Positions 27,447 to 37,045 of a stretch of 64,000 bases of DNA are shown here, piece by piece. The DNA is from a virus (lineage: Duplodnaviria > Caudoviricetes). The position numbers and the translations under genes are program-made. The notes below the pieces were generated by a model that saw only the letters and a program-made list of their open reading frames with translations, did no database searches and had not been told where the DNA came from. Position 1 is the first letter of the stretch; each line of letters opens with the position of its first letter. The stretch lies in the IMG/VR virus record IMGVR_UViG_2823592041_000002, positions 72,880-136,879 of that record, one strand, 5' to 3'.

Positions 27447-30400
27447 ATGGTTAAGAAGTTATGGTCCAGAGAGGAAGATGGCCAACTCCCAAATTGGCTA
27501 AATGATGAACAAAAAAGTAGATGTTATTGTGATGATAGAGGTTGGGTATTAGTCCACAAAGATGGTAATGAAGAGGTTATCGTAGCAGCTAACACTTTGA
27601 ATGATCCCTCTGAAAGGGGTCATGGATTTGAAGATGGTAAATCTAAAGATGCCGACAGGTCAGGTGCTCATAATGACGTTTCATATTCTCTATCAAGGTC
27701 TAGTCAAATCATTAATGAAGGAGCTTTTGCTACAGTAACCCTAACAACTACAGGTGTTGCTGATAATACTCAAGTTCCGTACACTATAGAAGGTGTTGAA
27801 GCTGAAGATTTACAAGGTGGACAATTATCTGGAAATTTTTTAGTTTCTGGGGGAACTGCCACTTTAAACTTAACAGCTGTCAATGATTCACTAACTGAAG
27901 GACCGCAAACTATAACCGTTAGATTGGGTACTGGTGAATTTATTACGGTTGATATTAACGACACATCAAAAGCACCATCTTACATTCTTTCAGCTCCTGG
28001 TAGTGTTAATGAAGGTGAACCCTTCACAATAACACTTACTACCGAAAACTTTAATGACGGTCCAGTTGCTTATACAATAACAGGAATTGATGACAACGAC
28101 TTAGATATAGCTGGAGGTTCAGCGGGTAGAACGGGAAATATTAATGTATCAACCAATACAGGTTCTATAACATTAAAACTTAAAGAAGATTTATCTTTCA
28201 ATGAAGGTGATGAAACTTTAACTTTAACATTAGATGGTGACTTAGATACAATTGATGTAACCGTAGTTGACTCTTCAACAGCGTCACCAACTTATACATT
28301 ATCAGCGCCTGAAACCATTAATGAAGGTCAAGACCTAACAATAACACTTACTACCGAAGACGTTAATGACGGTCCAGTTCCATATACAATAACAGGAATT
28401 CAAAACGCAGATTTAGATATAGATGGAGGTTCAGCAGGGTTAAGTGGAGAATTCACAGTCTCTGGCAGTCCATCCTCTGATAGTATAACATTAAAACTTA
28501 AAGAAGATTTATCAGACAATGAGAATAACGAAAATTTAGTGCTAACTTTGAATAACGGTGAAGATTCAGTATCAGTTACGATTGTTGACACCTCCAAAGC
28601 ACCAGTCTTCAATTTAACTTCAAACCCATTGGTTAGTGTTAATGAGGGTGCTTCCCTTACAATAAATTTATCAACCGAGAACTTTTCAGGAAATACAGTT
28701 CCATATTTCGTGTCAGGTATAGATGATAATGATTTAGCTTCTGGTTCAGCTTCACTTAATTCGAATTTCAGTCTAGATGGTAATGGGGATGGTAGTTTAA
28801 TATTCAACATTAAAGAAGATGCAACAACAGAGGGTGTTGATAATTTTGTTCTTGAGTTATTGGGCCACGGTCAGCAAATACAAGTAGATATCAATGACAC
28901 TTCTCTAACCCCAGTTTACACTCTATCAACATCACCCCAATTTTCAGTTGATGAGGGTCTTGATTTGGTAGTAACACTACAGACTCAGAATGTCCCTGAT
29001 GGGGATTATACGTATAATATTTCTGGTACAGGTTTTGATTCGGATGATTTGAAACCTACTTCAGCAGGTAGAACAGGGAATTTCACAGTCTCTGGCAGTC
29101 CATCTACAGACTCCATAACATTACAACTGAAAAATGATTACACTTCAAACGAAGGTGATGAAACAATAACTATAGCATTAAATAATGGAGGAGATTCTAT
29201 TCAAGTTGATGTTATAGATACTTCTAACATGGGTTCTACTGATAGAGGTCAATTACCTGTTGTAAACGATAACCTTAAACATTCTTCTGTATCTGATGAT
29301 GCTCAATATGCAGCATTAGGTGCTACTTCTTCAGATGGTTCTGTGGAAATATTTAAATATAATGGTACTGGATGGGATTTATTACAAACACTTCCTAAAC
29401 CAATGGCAGATGCGTTCGATGCTCATGGTATGGCTACAGCATTCAATTCGGATGGTACAGTTTTAGCAGTTGGTGATGGTTGGGCTAATACCTATAGAGG
29501 TAGAGTTTTTATCTATAGGAGAGATGTAAATAGTGGTTTATTTGGACCAGACCCTGAGCATATAATCGATGGTCCTCACAATGCAACCGCATATTTCGGT
29601 CATGGGGTTGCCCTTACTGGTGATGGTAATCAATTATTTGTCGTTTGTACTCAGACAAACAAAATTTACAGATACGATTATAATAATTCAGAGTGGTCAT
29701 CTTCCCCAGATTACACACTAAACACACCAGTCAAATATAGGGATGTTGATGTTTCATCCGATGGTTTAATGCTAGTTGCTGCTGGTGGCCACGGAGCTCC
29801 ATTTGAAGCTAGAGTTTGGACTTGGGATGGATCATCTTTTACAGACCACTCTGTAGTATCTATGCCAACCCAAAATGCTACTCTCGGTGTGGCAATCTCA
29901 AACAAAAAACTCTTAGCCGTTGGCCAAGTTGGAACCGTTAATCAAGAGAATAGAGTTACACTTTTTGATTTGGATGGAACAACATGGACACCTAGACCAT
30001 TAGAATCATGGCAAACCAGTGCAATAGTTGGAAGTTGGACTATCAACAAAGGTTTTAAGATTGCTCTATCTGAACCTAAAAGTGATGGTAAGGTTCTTGT
30101 TGTTGACCATGAGGGTCAAATGCGTGATATTCTTGCAACAACTGATACATACTCAATTTCTGGCCCGAGCAGTATCAATGAAGGTCAAGATTTAACTTTA
30201 ACATTGACTGCACTTGGAATTGATGGTCAAGTTGGATATTCTATCTCAGGAATCACGGATGCTGATTTAGATATAGCAGGTGGTTCAGATTCAGTGGATG
30301 GCAATTTCCAAGTTTCTGATAGTGCAGGTTCTATAACCCTTAAAATAAAAGAAGATGCGAACTCATCTGATGGCTCTTTAGTGTTAACTCTTGACAATGG

Positions 30401-32003
30401 GGAAGCATCCAAGACTGTATCTATTATTGATATAACACCATCTTACGAATTAACATCAAGTCCACAAATCTCAGTTAATGAAGGTTCTACACTTAGAATA
30501 AGTTTATCAACTGAAAATGTGTCTGAAACTTCAATACCATACACTGTGAGTGGTATACAACCAGCTGACTTTAATGATGGGTCTGCTGACATGAATGGAA
30601 ATTTCAGTTTAGATGCTAACGGAGATGGGTTTGTTGATTTCCTTATCAAAGAAGATTTAACAACAGAATCAGTGGCTGAGGATTTAGTTCTTACATTAAC
30701 AGGTCTAGGTGAACAAATAAGTGTCAATATTATTGATTCATCTAAAACACCTATATGGAATTTGACGACAGACCCAGTTGATTCAGTTGATGAGGGTAAT
30801 AATTTACTTGTAACATTGGCAACTCAAAATGTCCCTGCTGGTAATTATGCTTATCGAATAGAAGGTATTGATGCTGCTGACTTAGACATAGCTGGAGGTT
30901 CAGCAGAATTAACAGGGGATTTTGTAATTACAGGTGCAACAAATGATGCTTCTTCCGATAGTATAACTTTAAAACTGAAAGCAGATGCTACATCAGAAGG
31001 TGCTGAGACACTAACTATATCATTGGATAATGGTGAAGTTGCCCCGATTACTATCACCGTGAATGACACTTCGAATTCAGACCCAGTTGCAGGTCCACTA
31101 ATACCTTGGGCCGGTTCAAGATACCCTTCAATAAGTGATGATGGTATGTATTCAGCAACTGTCGGTGGTAATCACGCTGCTAATGTTGTAAAATTCTACA
31201 AATATGAGAACTCGTCTTGGACTCACACTCAAAGTATATCGAACTATGATCCTGGTAGTCAAAATATTGATGGATATGGGGATATTAAAATGTCCTCTGA
31301 CGGATCAATAGTTGCATATTGTGACCCATACGCTAATGAAAAGGATAGCATAGTGAGAGTATTTGAAAGGGGTGGAGATGGTCAATATACTTTAAGGGAT
31401 ACATTTACTCCTGGAGGGGGTGGATTCCAAGCTACTTGGGGTATGGCCTTATCTGAGGATGGTCAAACTATAGTTGTAGGGTCAATGTTAGATTCCAAAA
31501 TTAGAACTTTTGAGTATTCTAACGGTACTTGGAACCCAGTTTCCACTATTAGTATACCAGTTAAACCTATGCAGCTGGACTTGTCATCTGACGGTCAAAA
31601 ATTATTATTTGGTACTGGTTGGAATAACACTGCAAATTCTGGGTTTTATATTTATAATAGAGATGGGAATAGTTGGACTCAAGATACTTTTAAATACATT
31701 GACAACCCAAACCCTGGAAATGTTCGAGTCTGGAGCTCAGCATGGTCTAAGGGTACAAATTTCATAGCTGTTGGAACATCTGGTTATGGAGCATACCCAA
31801 GCACAATTTTCTTTTTTGATTATGACTCATCTTCAGGTTCGTGGATTCAAAGATCGAGTACAATTGTAGACCCAGCAAGTGAGTTCCAAGGACATTACAA
31901 TTATGGTTCAAGAATAGCACTTAGTGAAGAGAATAATGGGCAAATAACTCTAATTACAACTGATGGTAATACATTCACATTACCGGCTGACCCACCAGAA
32001 TAA
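27447..32003 (+). CDS. Large virion surface/adhesin protein: anchor domain, 8 Calx-beta/Ig-like repeats, 2 beta-propeller-like regions
   Basis: About 100-aa repeats (Y.L.....NEG..L.I.L.T.N...YTI.GI...D...EG.E.L.L.L....V...DTS), 5 then 3; FG-GAP-like S.DG..LAVG blades. Confidence 0.75.
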   Translation: MVKKLWSREEDGQLPNWLNDEQKSRCYCDDRGWVLVHKDGNEEVIVAANTLNDPSERGHGFEDGKSKDADRSGAHNDVSYSLSRSSQIINEGAFATVTLTTTGVADNTQVPYTIEGVEAEDLQGGQLSGNFLVSGGTATLNLTAVNDSLTEGPQTITVRLGTGEFITVDINDTSKAPSYILSAPGSVNEGEPFTITLTTENFNDGPVAYTITGIDDNDLDIAGGSAGRTGNINVSTNTGSITLKLKEDLSFNEGDETLTLTLDGDLDTIDVTVVDSSTASPTYTLSAPETINEGQDLTITLTTEDVNDGPVPYTITGIQNADLDIDGGSAGLSGEFTVSGSPSSDSITLKLKEDLSDNENNENLVLTLNNGEDSVSVTIVDTSKAPVFNLTSNPLVSVNEGASLTINLSTENFSGNTVPYFVSGIDDNDLASGSASLNSNFSLDGNGDGSLIFNIKEDATTEGVDNFVLELLGHGQQIQVDINDTSLTPVYTLSTSPQFSVDEGLDLVVTLQTQNVPDGDYTYNISGTGFDSDDLKPTSAGRTGNFTVSGSPSTDSITLQLKNDYTSNEGDETITIALNNGGDSIQVDVIDTSNMGSTDRGQLPVVNDNLKHSSVSDDAQYAALGATSSDGSVEIFKYNGTGWDLLQTLPKPMADAFDAHGMATAFNSDGTVLAVGDGWANTYRGRVFIYRRDVNSGLFGPDPEHIIDGPHNATAYFGHGVALTGDGNQLFVVCTQTNKIYRYDYNNSEWSSSPDYTLNTPVKYRDVDVSSDGLMLVAAGGHGAPFEARVWTWDGSSFTDHSVVSMPTQNATLGVAISNKKLLAVGQVGTVNQENRVTLFDLDGTTWTPRPLESWQTSAIVGSWTINKGFKIALSEPKSDGKVLVVDHEGQMRDILATTDTYSISGPSSINEGQDLTLTLTALGIDGQVGYSISGITDADLDIAGGSDSVDGNFQVSDSAGSITLKIKEDANSSDGSLVLTLDNGEASKTVSIIDITPSYELTSSPQISVNEGSTLRISLSTENVSETSIPYTVSGIQPADFNDGSADMNGNFSLDANGDGFVDFLIKEDLTTESVAEDLVLTLTGLGEQISVNIIDSSKTPIWNLTTDPVDSVDEGNNLLVTLATQNVPAGNYAYRIEGIDAADLDIAGGSAELTGDFVITGATNDASSDSITLKLKADATSEGAETLTISLDNGEVAPITITVNDTSNSDPVAGPLIPWAGSRYPSISDDGMYSATVGGNHAANVVKFYKYENSSWTHTQSISNYDPGSQNIDGYGDIKMSSDGSIVAYCDPYANEKDSIVRVFERGGDGQYTLRDTFTPGGGGFQATWGMALSEDGQTIVVGSMLDSKIRTFEYSNGTWNPVSTISIPVKPMQLDLSSDGQKLLFGTGWNNTANSGFYIYNRDGNSWTQDTFKYIDNPNPGNVRVWSSAWSKGTNFIAVGTSGYGAYPSTIFFFDYDSSSGSWIQRSSTIVDPASEFQGHYNYGSRIALSEENNGQITLITTDGNTFTLPADPPE

Positions 32004-32023
32004 AAAATATTTTAAAAAAGTTA

Positions 32024-32052
32024 TTGACAATGTTATAAATATAGTTTATAAT
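32024..32052 (+). promoter_or_regulatory. Sigma70-type promoter with embedded late promoter
   Basis: TTGACA-N17-TATAAT; TATAAATA at 32034-32041. Confidence 0.7.
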
Positions 32053-32085
32053 ATAAATGTAGTTAAATATAATATGGAGGATTTA

Positions 32086-32571
32086 ATGAGTACTACTGAA
32101 GAAACTATTGAAACTACTACTGAAACAACTGAAGTTAAAGAAACTCCGGTTGGTGTTGGTGGTATTGTTGGGGAGACCCATGTCACATCTCTGGATGGAT
32201 TGATTAGTGTTATTTTGCAAGAAAGGTTAACTTTGGTTAGGTCTAATAAGAATAATACTGAACTTTTTAATAAATTGCAAGAATTTATTACAGAAAAGAG
32301 TAATAATGTGACCCAAGTTGATGGTGCTATTTCAGCATTGAATGGTTTTGTAACTGAAGATACACCTAGTGACGATAAACATGTTGTTGAATTGGCAAAA
32401 TTACATCACCAAAGAAATGACCTTATTGGTGAATTAAAAACGGCTGATGCTCAGAGAAGAAACATTTTCAGTACTATTACAATGACTGAAGGTGCTTTAC
32501 AAGTGTTGAATCAAGTTCTTTCCAAGACAGATCACACAGAAGAAGGAACAACTGAGGCAACAGAAGTTTGA
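32086..32571 (+). CDS. Hypothetical coiled-coil protein
   Basis: GGAGG SD before ATG 32086; internal repeat (VDGAISALN / TEGALQVLN). Confidence 0.65.
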   Translation: MSTTEETIETTTETTEVKETPVGVGGIVGETHVTSLDGLISVILQERLTLVRSNKNNTELFNKLQEFITEKSNNVTQVDGAISALNGFVTEDTPSDDKHVVELAKLHHQRNDLIGELKTADAQRRNIFSTITMTEGALQVLNQVLSKTDHTEEGTTEATEV

Positions 32572-32574
32572 TAG

Positions 32575-32961
32575 ATGAAAGATCTTAACAAAGAGAATAT
32601 TGACATATTTTCTGAATTATCTTATAGAAATCCGCAGTGCTTATCATCTGAGGATTTCTATGAGGATATGAGTAGGGTTAAATATGTTAAGAGGTTGTTC
32701 AATAAATATAATAGGGGTGGTGAAATAAAGACCAGATTAATTCTCAATCACATTATAGCATTTTATAATGTTTTTGAAAATAGAGATGCCACTAGAATAC
32801 TTTTCTTTAAGATGGACCAAAATTATTGGCCTTTATTAAAAACTTTTTTGTTATACTTATCTTATATGCCAGAAATAGTTCACGGTATTAATGGTAGAAA
32901 TATTATGTCCGAGGATATAAATATAGATGTGGCTATTTTTAGAGAATTGGAGAATATATGA
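32575..32961 (+). CDS. Conserved T4-like hypothetical protein
   Basis: Y.NPQC...EDFYED..R.KY.KRL, RLILNHII..YNVF, LKTFL.YL pattern typical of marine T4-likes. Confidence 0.75.
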   Translation: MKDLNKENIDIFSELSYRNPQCLSSEDFYEDMSRVKYVKRLFNKYNRGGEIKTRLILNHIIAFYNVFENRDATRILFFKMDQNYWPLLKTFLLYLSYMPEIVHGINGRNIMSEDINIDVAIFRELENI

Positions 32962-34175
32962 AAAGTGTTTTGAGAGAGGGGTTTCTTTCAAATGCCCTCA
33001 ACTATGTTGTATTATATAAATTAATTTCTAGGATGATAAAACCTATTAAGAAAACAAAAGCTTTTGAGCTTGGTATTGTTGATGAAAAAGGTAAAATTCT
33101 TAGAAAGAGGAGAAAATTGAAAACTAAAGAAGAAAAGGATGCTCTAACGAGATTGGACATATTTGTTTTCAATTTAAAAAGAGTTCTTGGTCCTCTTGGT
33201 AGGTCTAAACTTGCAAATATTGTGGGTGCTTTATATCTCCTTAAAGAACAAGATAATCTAGAAATGTTCGACGATGAAGAAAATAGATTTGTTCTTGTAG
33301 AGTCTAGATATTCAAGTTTTGTGGAATCTTTGTCCAGAGAAGATTATCTTTTTATAGAAGAGATTGCTAATGCTGTTGGTGATGGGTCGAACGTTGCTGG
33401 ACTTACAGGTGAGCCGCCTGTTGATCTTAAAAAGAAGAAAAAGAAAGATAAAAAAAAAGAGCAAAAGAACAACTTAGTCGAGGGGAAGACACAGGAAATC
33501 CCTAGAAGAAATATTAAAGCTTTAATCGGTAAAGCTAAGTCAAGCATTATAAACAAAAATATTACAATACGCTCAATCGCAAATCAGATTGAGAAAACTC
33601 TAAGAAGAAAGTATGATATAGAGATATCTATTGAGAAATCTTCAAAAGTTGCTTCTGGGTCAATAATAATAAATGCTTATTATGATCCAGAAAATGATAA
33701 AAATGGTGAAGATGTTCCAATTCAAATAGAATTGAAAGTTTCAGACCCAGAAATTCTATTAAATTTGGATAATTATTTGTGGAATAAGTTTTCTAATGAA
33801 CTTGCGGATGCAATTCAACATGAATATCTCCACATGTCACAGTACAGAAATAGAGGTTTTGTTAAAACCTCTGAGTATAAACCTAAAGTTACAAAAGAAA
33901 TAAAGGATTTTTATAATGCTAAAGTTTATTTAGGAAATTCTGATGAGATAGAGGCATACGCTTTGAACATCTCTAGCGAACTCCTAAATAAGTATAGAAC
34001 AAAACAAAAGACTATTGCTAATGTTAAACGATTGGATAAAAGTCTTTTCACAGCATCACCGAATTTGTTTGCTTATTTCATGGCATTCAATTTTGATAGT
34101 AGACATCCAGTAATTAGAAAACTTCTGAAGAAAGTTTTATTGTACATCGAAAGTCAAAGACCTTCTAGGAATTAG
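32958..34175 (+). CDS. Two-domain protein: conserved T4-like N-terminal domain plus HEXXH (zincin-like) domain
   Basis: AFELGIVDEKG, ALYLLKE, EEIANAVG; C-terminal IQHEYLHMSQ ... EIEAYA. Confidence 0.6.
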   Translation: MKSVLREGFLSNALNYVVLYKLISRMIKPIKKTKAFELGIVDEKGKILRKRRKLKTKEEKDALTRLDIFVFNLKRVLGPLGRSKLANIVGALYLLKEQDNLEMFDDEENRFVLVESRYSSFVESLSREDYLFIEEIANAVGDGSNVAGLTGEPPVDLKKKKKKDKKKEQKNNLVEGKTQEIPRRNIKALIGKAKSSIINKNITIRSIANQIEKTLRRKYDIEISIEKSSKVASGSIIINAYYDPENDKNGEDVPIQIELKVSDPEILLNLDNYLWNKFSNELADAIQHEYLHMSQYRNRGFVKTSEYKPKVTKEIKDFYNAKVYLGNSDEIEAYALNISSELLNKYRTKQKTIANVKRLDKSLFTASPNLFAYFMAFNFDSRHPVIRKLLKKVLLYIESQRPSRN

Positions 34176-34189
34176 GAAAGGAATATTTT

Positions 34190-36085
34190 ATGAAGAGAAA
34201 GTTGATAGTGTTGACCATATTTGGTCTGATCACCAGTGGTTTCTTCTTTTTTCAAAAGTATAGGGGAACACCTATATTCAAAACTAGTTATTCACATTTT
34301 GTGGAAAGTGTAAGAAATAAAAAGGCAGATAGTGTCGTCTTCAGTGATAGATTTATTGATTACGTGGTTGGAAGTAAAAAGTATAAAACACCCAGACCAA
34401 AAGGTGAAACGGATAGTTTAAAAGAAGTTAAGGAAAGTGATATACATTACACTTTTCAACCTGAAAGTAAACCTATATTAACACCTGTTGTAGTTCTTCT
34501 TTTTGGAATCTTTCTCGCAGTATCAACTTTCATAATGTGGAGATTGTATTGTTTTATCAATAGAATATTAAGTAATATGAGACACATGCAAGGTGGCCCA
34601 CATTTCGGTTCGAGTTCTTTTGGCGGTTCCGGTTCTGGTCCTGGAGACCCTTTTGGTGGAGGGGGTTCAAGACCTCCAACTCCATCAGAGAGTCCCTCAA
34701 AGTTCTTTGAACCAGAACAATCTGACGTAAAGTTTGACGATATTGCTGGTAATGAAGAAGCAAAAGAGGAATTAGAACAGATTGTAGATTTTCTCAAGAG
34801 TAATAAGAAGTATAAGAAGATGGGAGCTCATTTACCAAAAGGTGCTATTCTATATGGTCCTTCTGGAACTGGTAAAACCATGTTCGCAAAGGCAATTGCT
34901 GGAGAATCTGGTGTTCCCTTCATGTATGTCTCTGGTTCTGAATTCGTAGAAATGTATGTCGGTGTTGGTGCTGCAAGAGTGAGGGATATGTTTGCGAAAG
35001 CAAGAGAAGCATCCCCTTGTGTAGTTTTCATTGACGAGATTGATGCTGTTGGTAAGAAAAGAAGTAACAGTGATAAGAACTCTGAAAGAGATCAAACACT
35101 CAATCAGATTTTGGTTGAGATGGACGGTTTCAACAGTTTAGGTTCTGATGTTATTGTTATCGGCGCAACTAACAGACTTGAAACTCTTGATGATGCTTTA
35201 TTAAGGCCTGGCAGGTTTGATAAACACGTATCTGTAGATTTACCTGACAGAGAAGGTAGACAGAAGATATTGAATCTATGTTTGAAGAAACTTCCATTGT
35301 TGGAAGATGGTATCAATGTGGAAAGACTGTCAAAAAAGACTGTTGGATTTTCTGGTGCGGATTTAGTGAATGTTGTAAATGAAAGTGCTTTGTTGGCAGT
35401 CAAAGATGACCTCAAGAAGATTGACCAAGATTGTTTAGAAAGAGCAATTGAAAAGGTTGCTTATGGTTCTGAGAAGAAGTCTAGAAAACAAGACGAGAAA
35501 GAACTTGAGAACACTGCTTGGCACGAATCAGGTCATGCTTTGTTAGGTCTAATATTAGACAATAACGCAAAGATTGATAAAATCACTATCATACCAAGAA
35601 CTAAGAGTTTGGGGCATGTATCCTTTCTATCTGAAGAGAAGCATTCAACCAAATCACAACTCTTAAATTCCATCTGTATATCTTTGGGTGGTAGAGTCGG
35701 AGAGGAAATGCTTGCAGGTGATTATACCCCAGGAGCATCTTCTGATATTAGGAGCGCTACTCGAACTGCTAGAAACATGGTTACACGATGGGGTATGAGT
35801 TCCCTTGGGATGTTAAACTTGAACAATATGGAAGAAGGTTGGAAAACTCACGAACTTTCTGATGATATGTTGGAAAAGGTTGATAAAGAGATTCGAGGAA
35901 TTGTTGATGGACAGTATGATAGAGCAAAAAAACTTCTTGATATGAATAAAGAATCTCTGAAGAACTTGTCTGAACTTTTATTAGACAAGGAAACACTAAC
36001 TGGTGAAGAAGTTGAAAAACTACTTGATGGTGTTTTAGTAAATATTGAAGGATACAATGTATTTTTCAAGAAGGAAGATGAATAA
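34190..36085 (+). CDS. ftsH: FtsH-like membrane AAA+ zinc metalloprotease
   Basis: Two TM segments; F.DIAG.EEAKEEL, GPSGTGKT, FVEMYVGVGAARVR, VFIDEIDAVG, TNR...LD.AL.RPGRFD, HESGH. Confidence 0.95.
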   Translation: MKRKLIVLTIFGLITSGFFFFQKYRGTPIFKTSYSHFVESVRNKKADSVVFSDRFIDYVVGSKKYKTPRPKGETDSLKEVKESDIHYTFQPESKPILTPVVVLLFGIFLAVSTFIMWRLYCFINRILSNMRHMQGGPHFGSSSFGGSGSGPGDPFGGGGSRPPTPSESPSKFFEPEQSDVKFDDIAGNEEAKEELEQIVDFLKSNKKYKKMGAHLPKGAILYGPSGTGKTMFAKAIAGESGVPFMYVSGSEFVEMYVGVGAARVRDMFAKAREASPCVVFIDEIDAVGKKRSNSDKNSERDQTLNQILVEMDGFNSLGSDVIVIGATNRLETLDDALLRPGRFDKHVSVDLPDREGRQKILNLCLKKLPLLEDGINVERLSKKTVGFSGADLVNVVNESALLAVKDDLKKIDQDCLERAIEKVAYGSEKKSRKQDEKELENTAWHESGHALLGLILDNNAKIDKITIIPRTKSLGHVSFLSEEKHSTKSQLLNSICISLGGRVGEEMLAGDYTPGASSDIRSATRTARNMVTRWGMSSLGMLNLNNMEEGWKTHELSDDMLEKVDKEIRGIVDGQYDRAKKLLDMNKESLKNLSELLLDKETLTGEEVEKLLDGVLVNIEGYNVFFKKEDE

Positions 36086-36669
36086 TGTTTAAGAGGTTAT
36101 TTGGAGGATTATTTGGCGGCTTAGGTGGTCTATTAGGTAGATTGCCTTTGATAAACAGTGTTCTGGGTATATTTGGACTCAAGAACTTAGTTCTGTTGGG
36201 TGGTTTAGTTGGTTCATTCTCAGTAGCTTATTTAAGTTTTAAGAATGTTACAAATACAATATACAAAGAACACAGAAGAGTTTATGATAAGATTTCAAAT
36301 CTTGAAACTGAAGTCGCCGAAAAAGATATAGAAAATCAAAAGTTGAATAGGAAGATAAATTCCTTGAGAAGTCAAATGATGATTTTGAATATGGGTTTTG
36401 AGCAAGTGGCTCAAGCACTTAACGAAATAATAAAGAACGAACGAGAATCAAGAGAAAGTATTAAAAGATTAGAGGACAGACTTTACCGAGAAAAAGAAGG
36501 TAAAAAGTCATTAGAAGAATTAGCAGAAAAAAAACCCAAAATGGTAGAAAAAATTTTTAATAATGAATTGAAACGGTTGAGAAGATGTGTTGAACTTTTC
36601 ACTGGTTCAAAAAGAGGTGAAAATGAAAAGATTGATTGTACTGACATTTTTGGCAAGTCTGCTAACTAG
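36085..36669 (+). CDS. Inner-membrane spanin (Rz-like)
   Basis: N-terminal TM, long coiled coil, C-terminal Cys; overlaps a lipoprotein gene. Confidence 0.65.
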   Translation: MFKRLFGGLFGGLGGLLGRLPLINSVLGIFGLKNLVLLGGLVGSFSVAYLSFKNVTNTIYKEHRRVYDKISNLETEVAEKDIENQKLNRKINSLRSQMMILNMGFEQVAQALNEIIKNERESRESIKRLEDRLYREKEGKKSLEELAEKKPKMVEKIFNNELKRLRRCVELFTGSKRGENEKIDCTDIFGKSAN

Positions 36670-37024
36670 TTTATTAACAGGTTGTAAAAAACGTCGAGAA
36701 ATAATTAGAAAACTCCCACCAGAAGTTGGTGAGATGGTTAGAGAGGGTAAATTAAAACCTGCTCTCAAAATTCCTAAAAAAGACCCAGTAAAACTGAATG
36801 ATGTAAATTTCATTGTAGTTACTGAGAAAAACATTGAAGAAGTGTTTGCTAAACTGAAAGATGATGATAAGGTTCCAGTCTTATTCTCCCTTGATGGTAA
36901 GGATTACAAATTGATTTCTTTGAATGTTAGGCTTTTATTGGACTACATCAAGTATCAAAAAGTTGTTATAGGTTTATATAAAGATTACTACGAAAAGAAA
37001 GACAAAAGTCTTGACAAAAAGTAA
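36623..37024 (+). CDS. Outer-membrane lipoprotein spanin (Rz1-like)
   Basis: MKRLIVLTFLASLLTSLLTG-C lipobox; Pro-containing region; Y..IS.N...L..YI..Q...I..Y..YYE. Confidence 0.7.
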   Translation: MKRLIVLTFLASLLTSLLTGCKKRREIIRKLPPEVGEMVREGKLKPALKIPKKDPVKLNDVNFIVVTEKNIEEVFAKLKDDDKVPVLFSLDGKDYKLISLNVRLLLDYIKYQKVVIGLYKDYYEKKDKSLDKK

Positions 37025-37039
37025 TTTTTATTCTATAAT
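37011..37039 (+). promoter_or_regulatory. Sigma70-type promoter for primase (predicted +1 at the ATG)
   Basis: TTGACA-N17-TATAAT, ATG 7 nt after the -10 box, no SD. Confidence 0.7.
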
Positions 37040-37045
37040 AAACTT

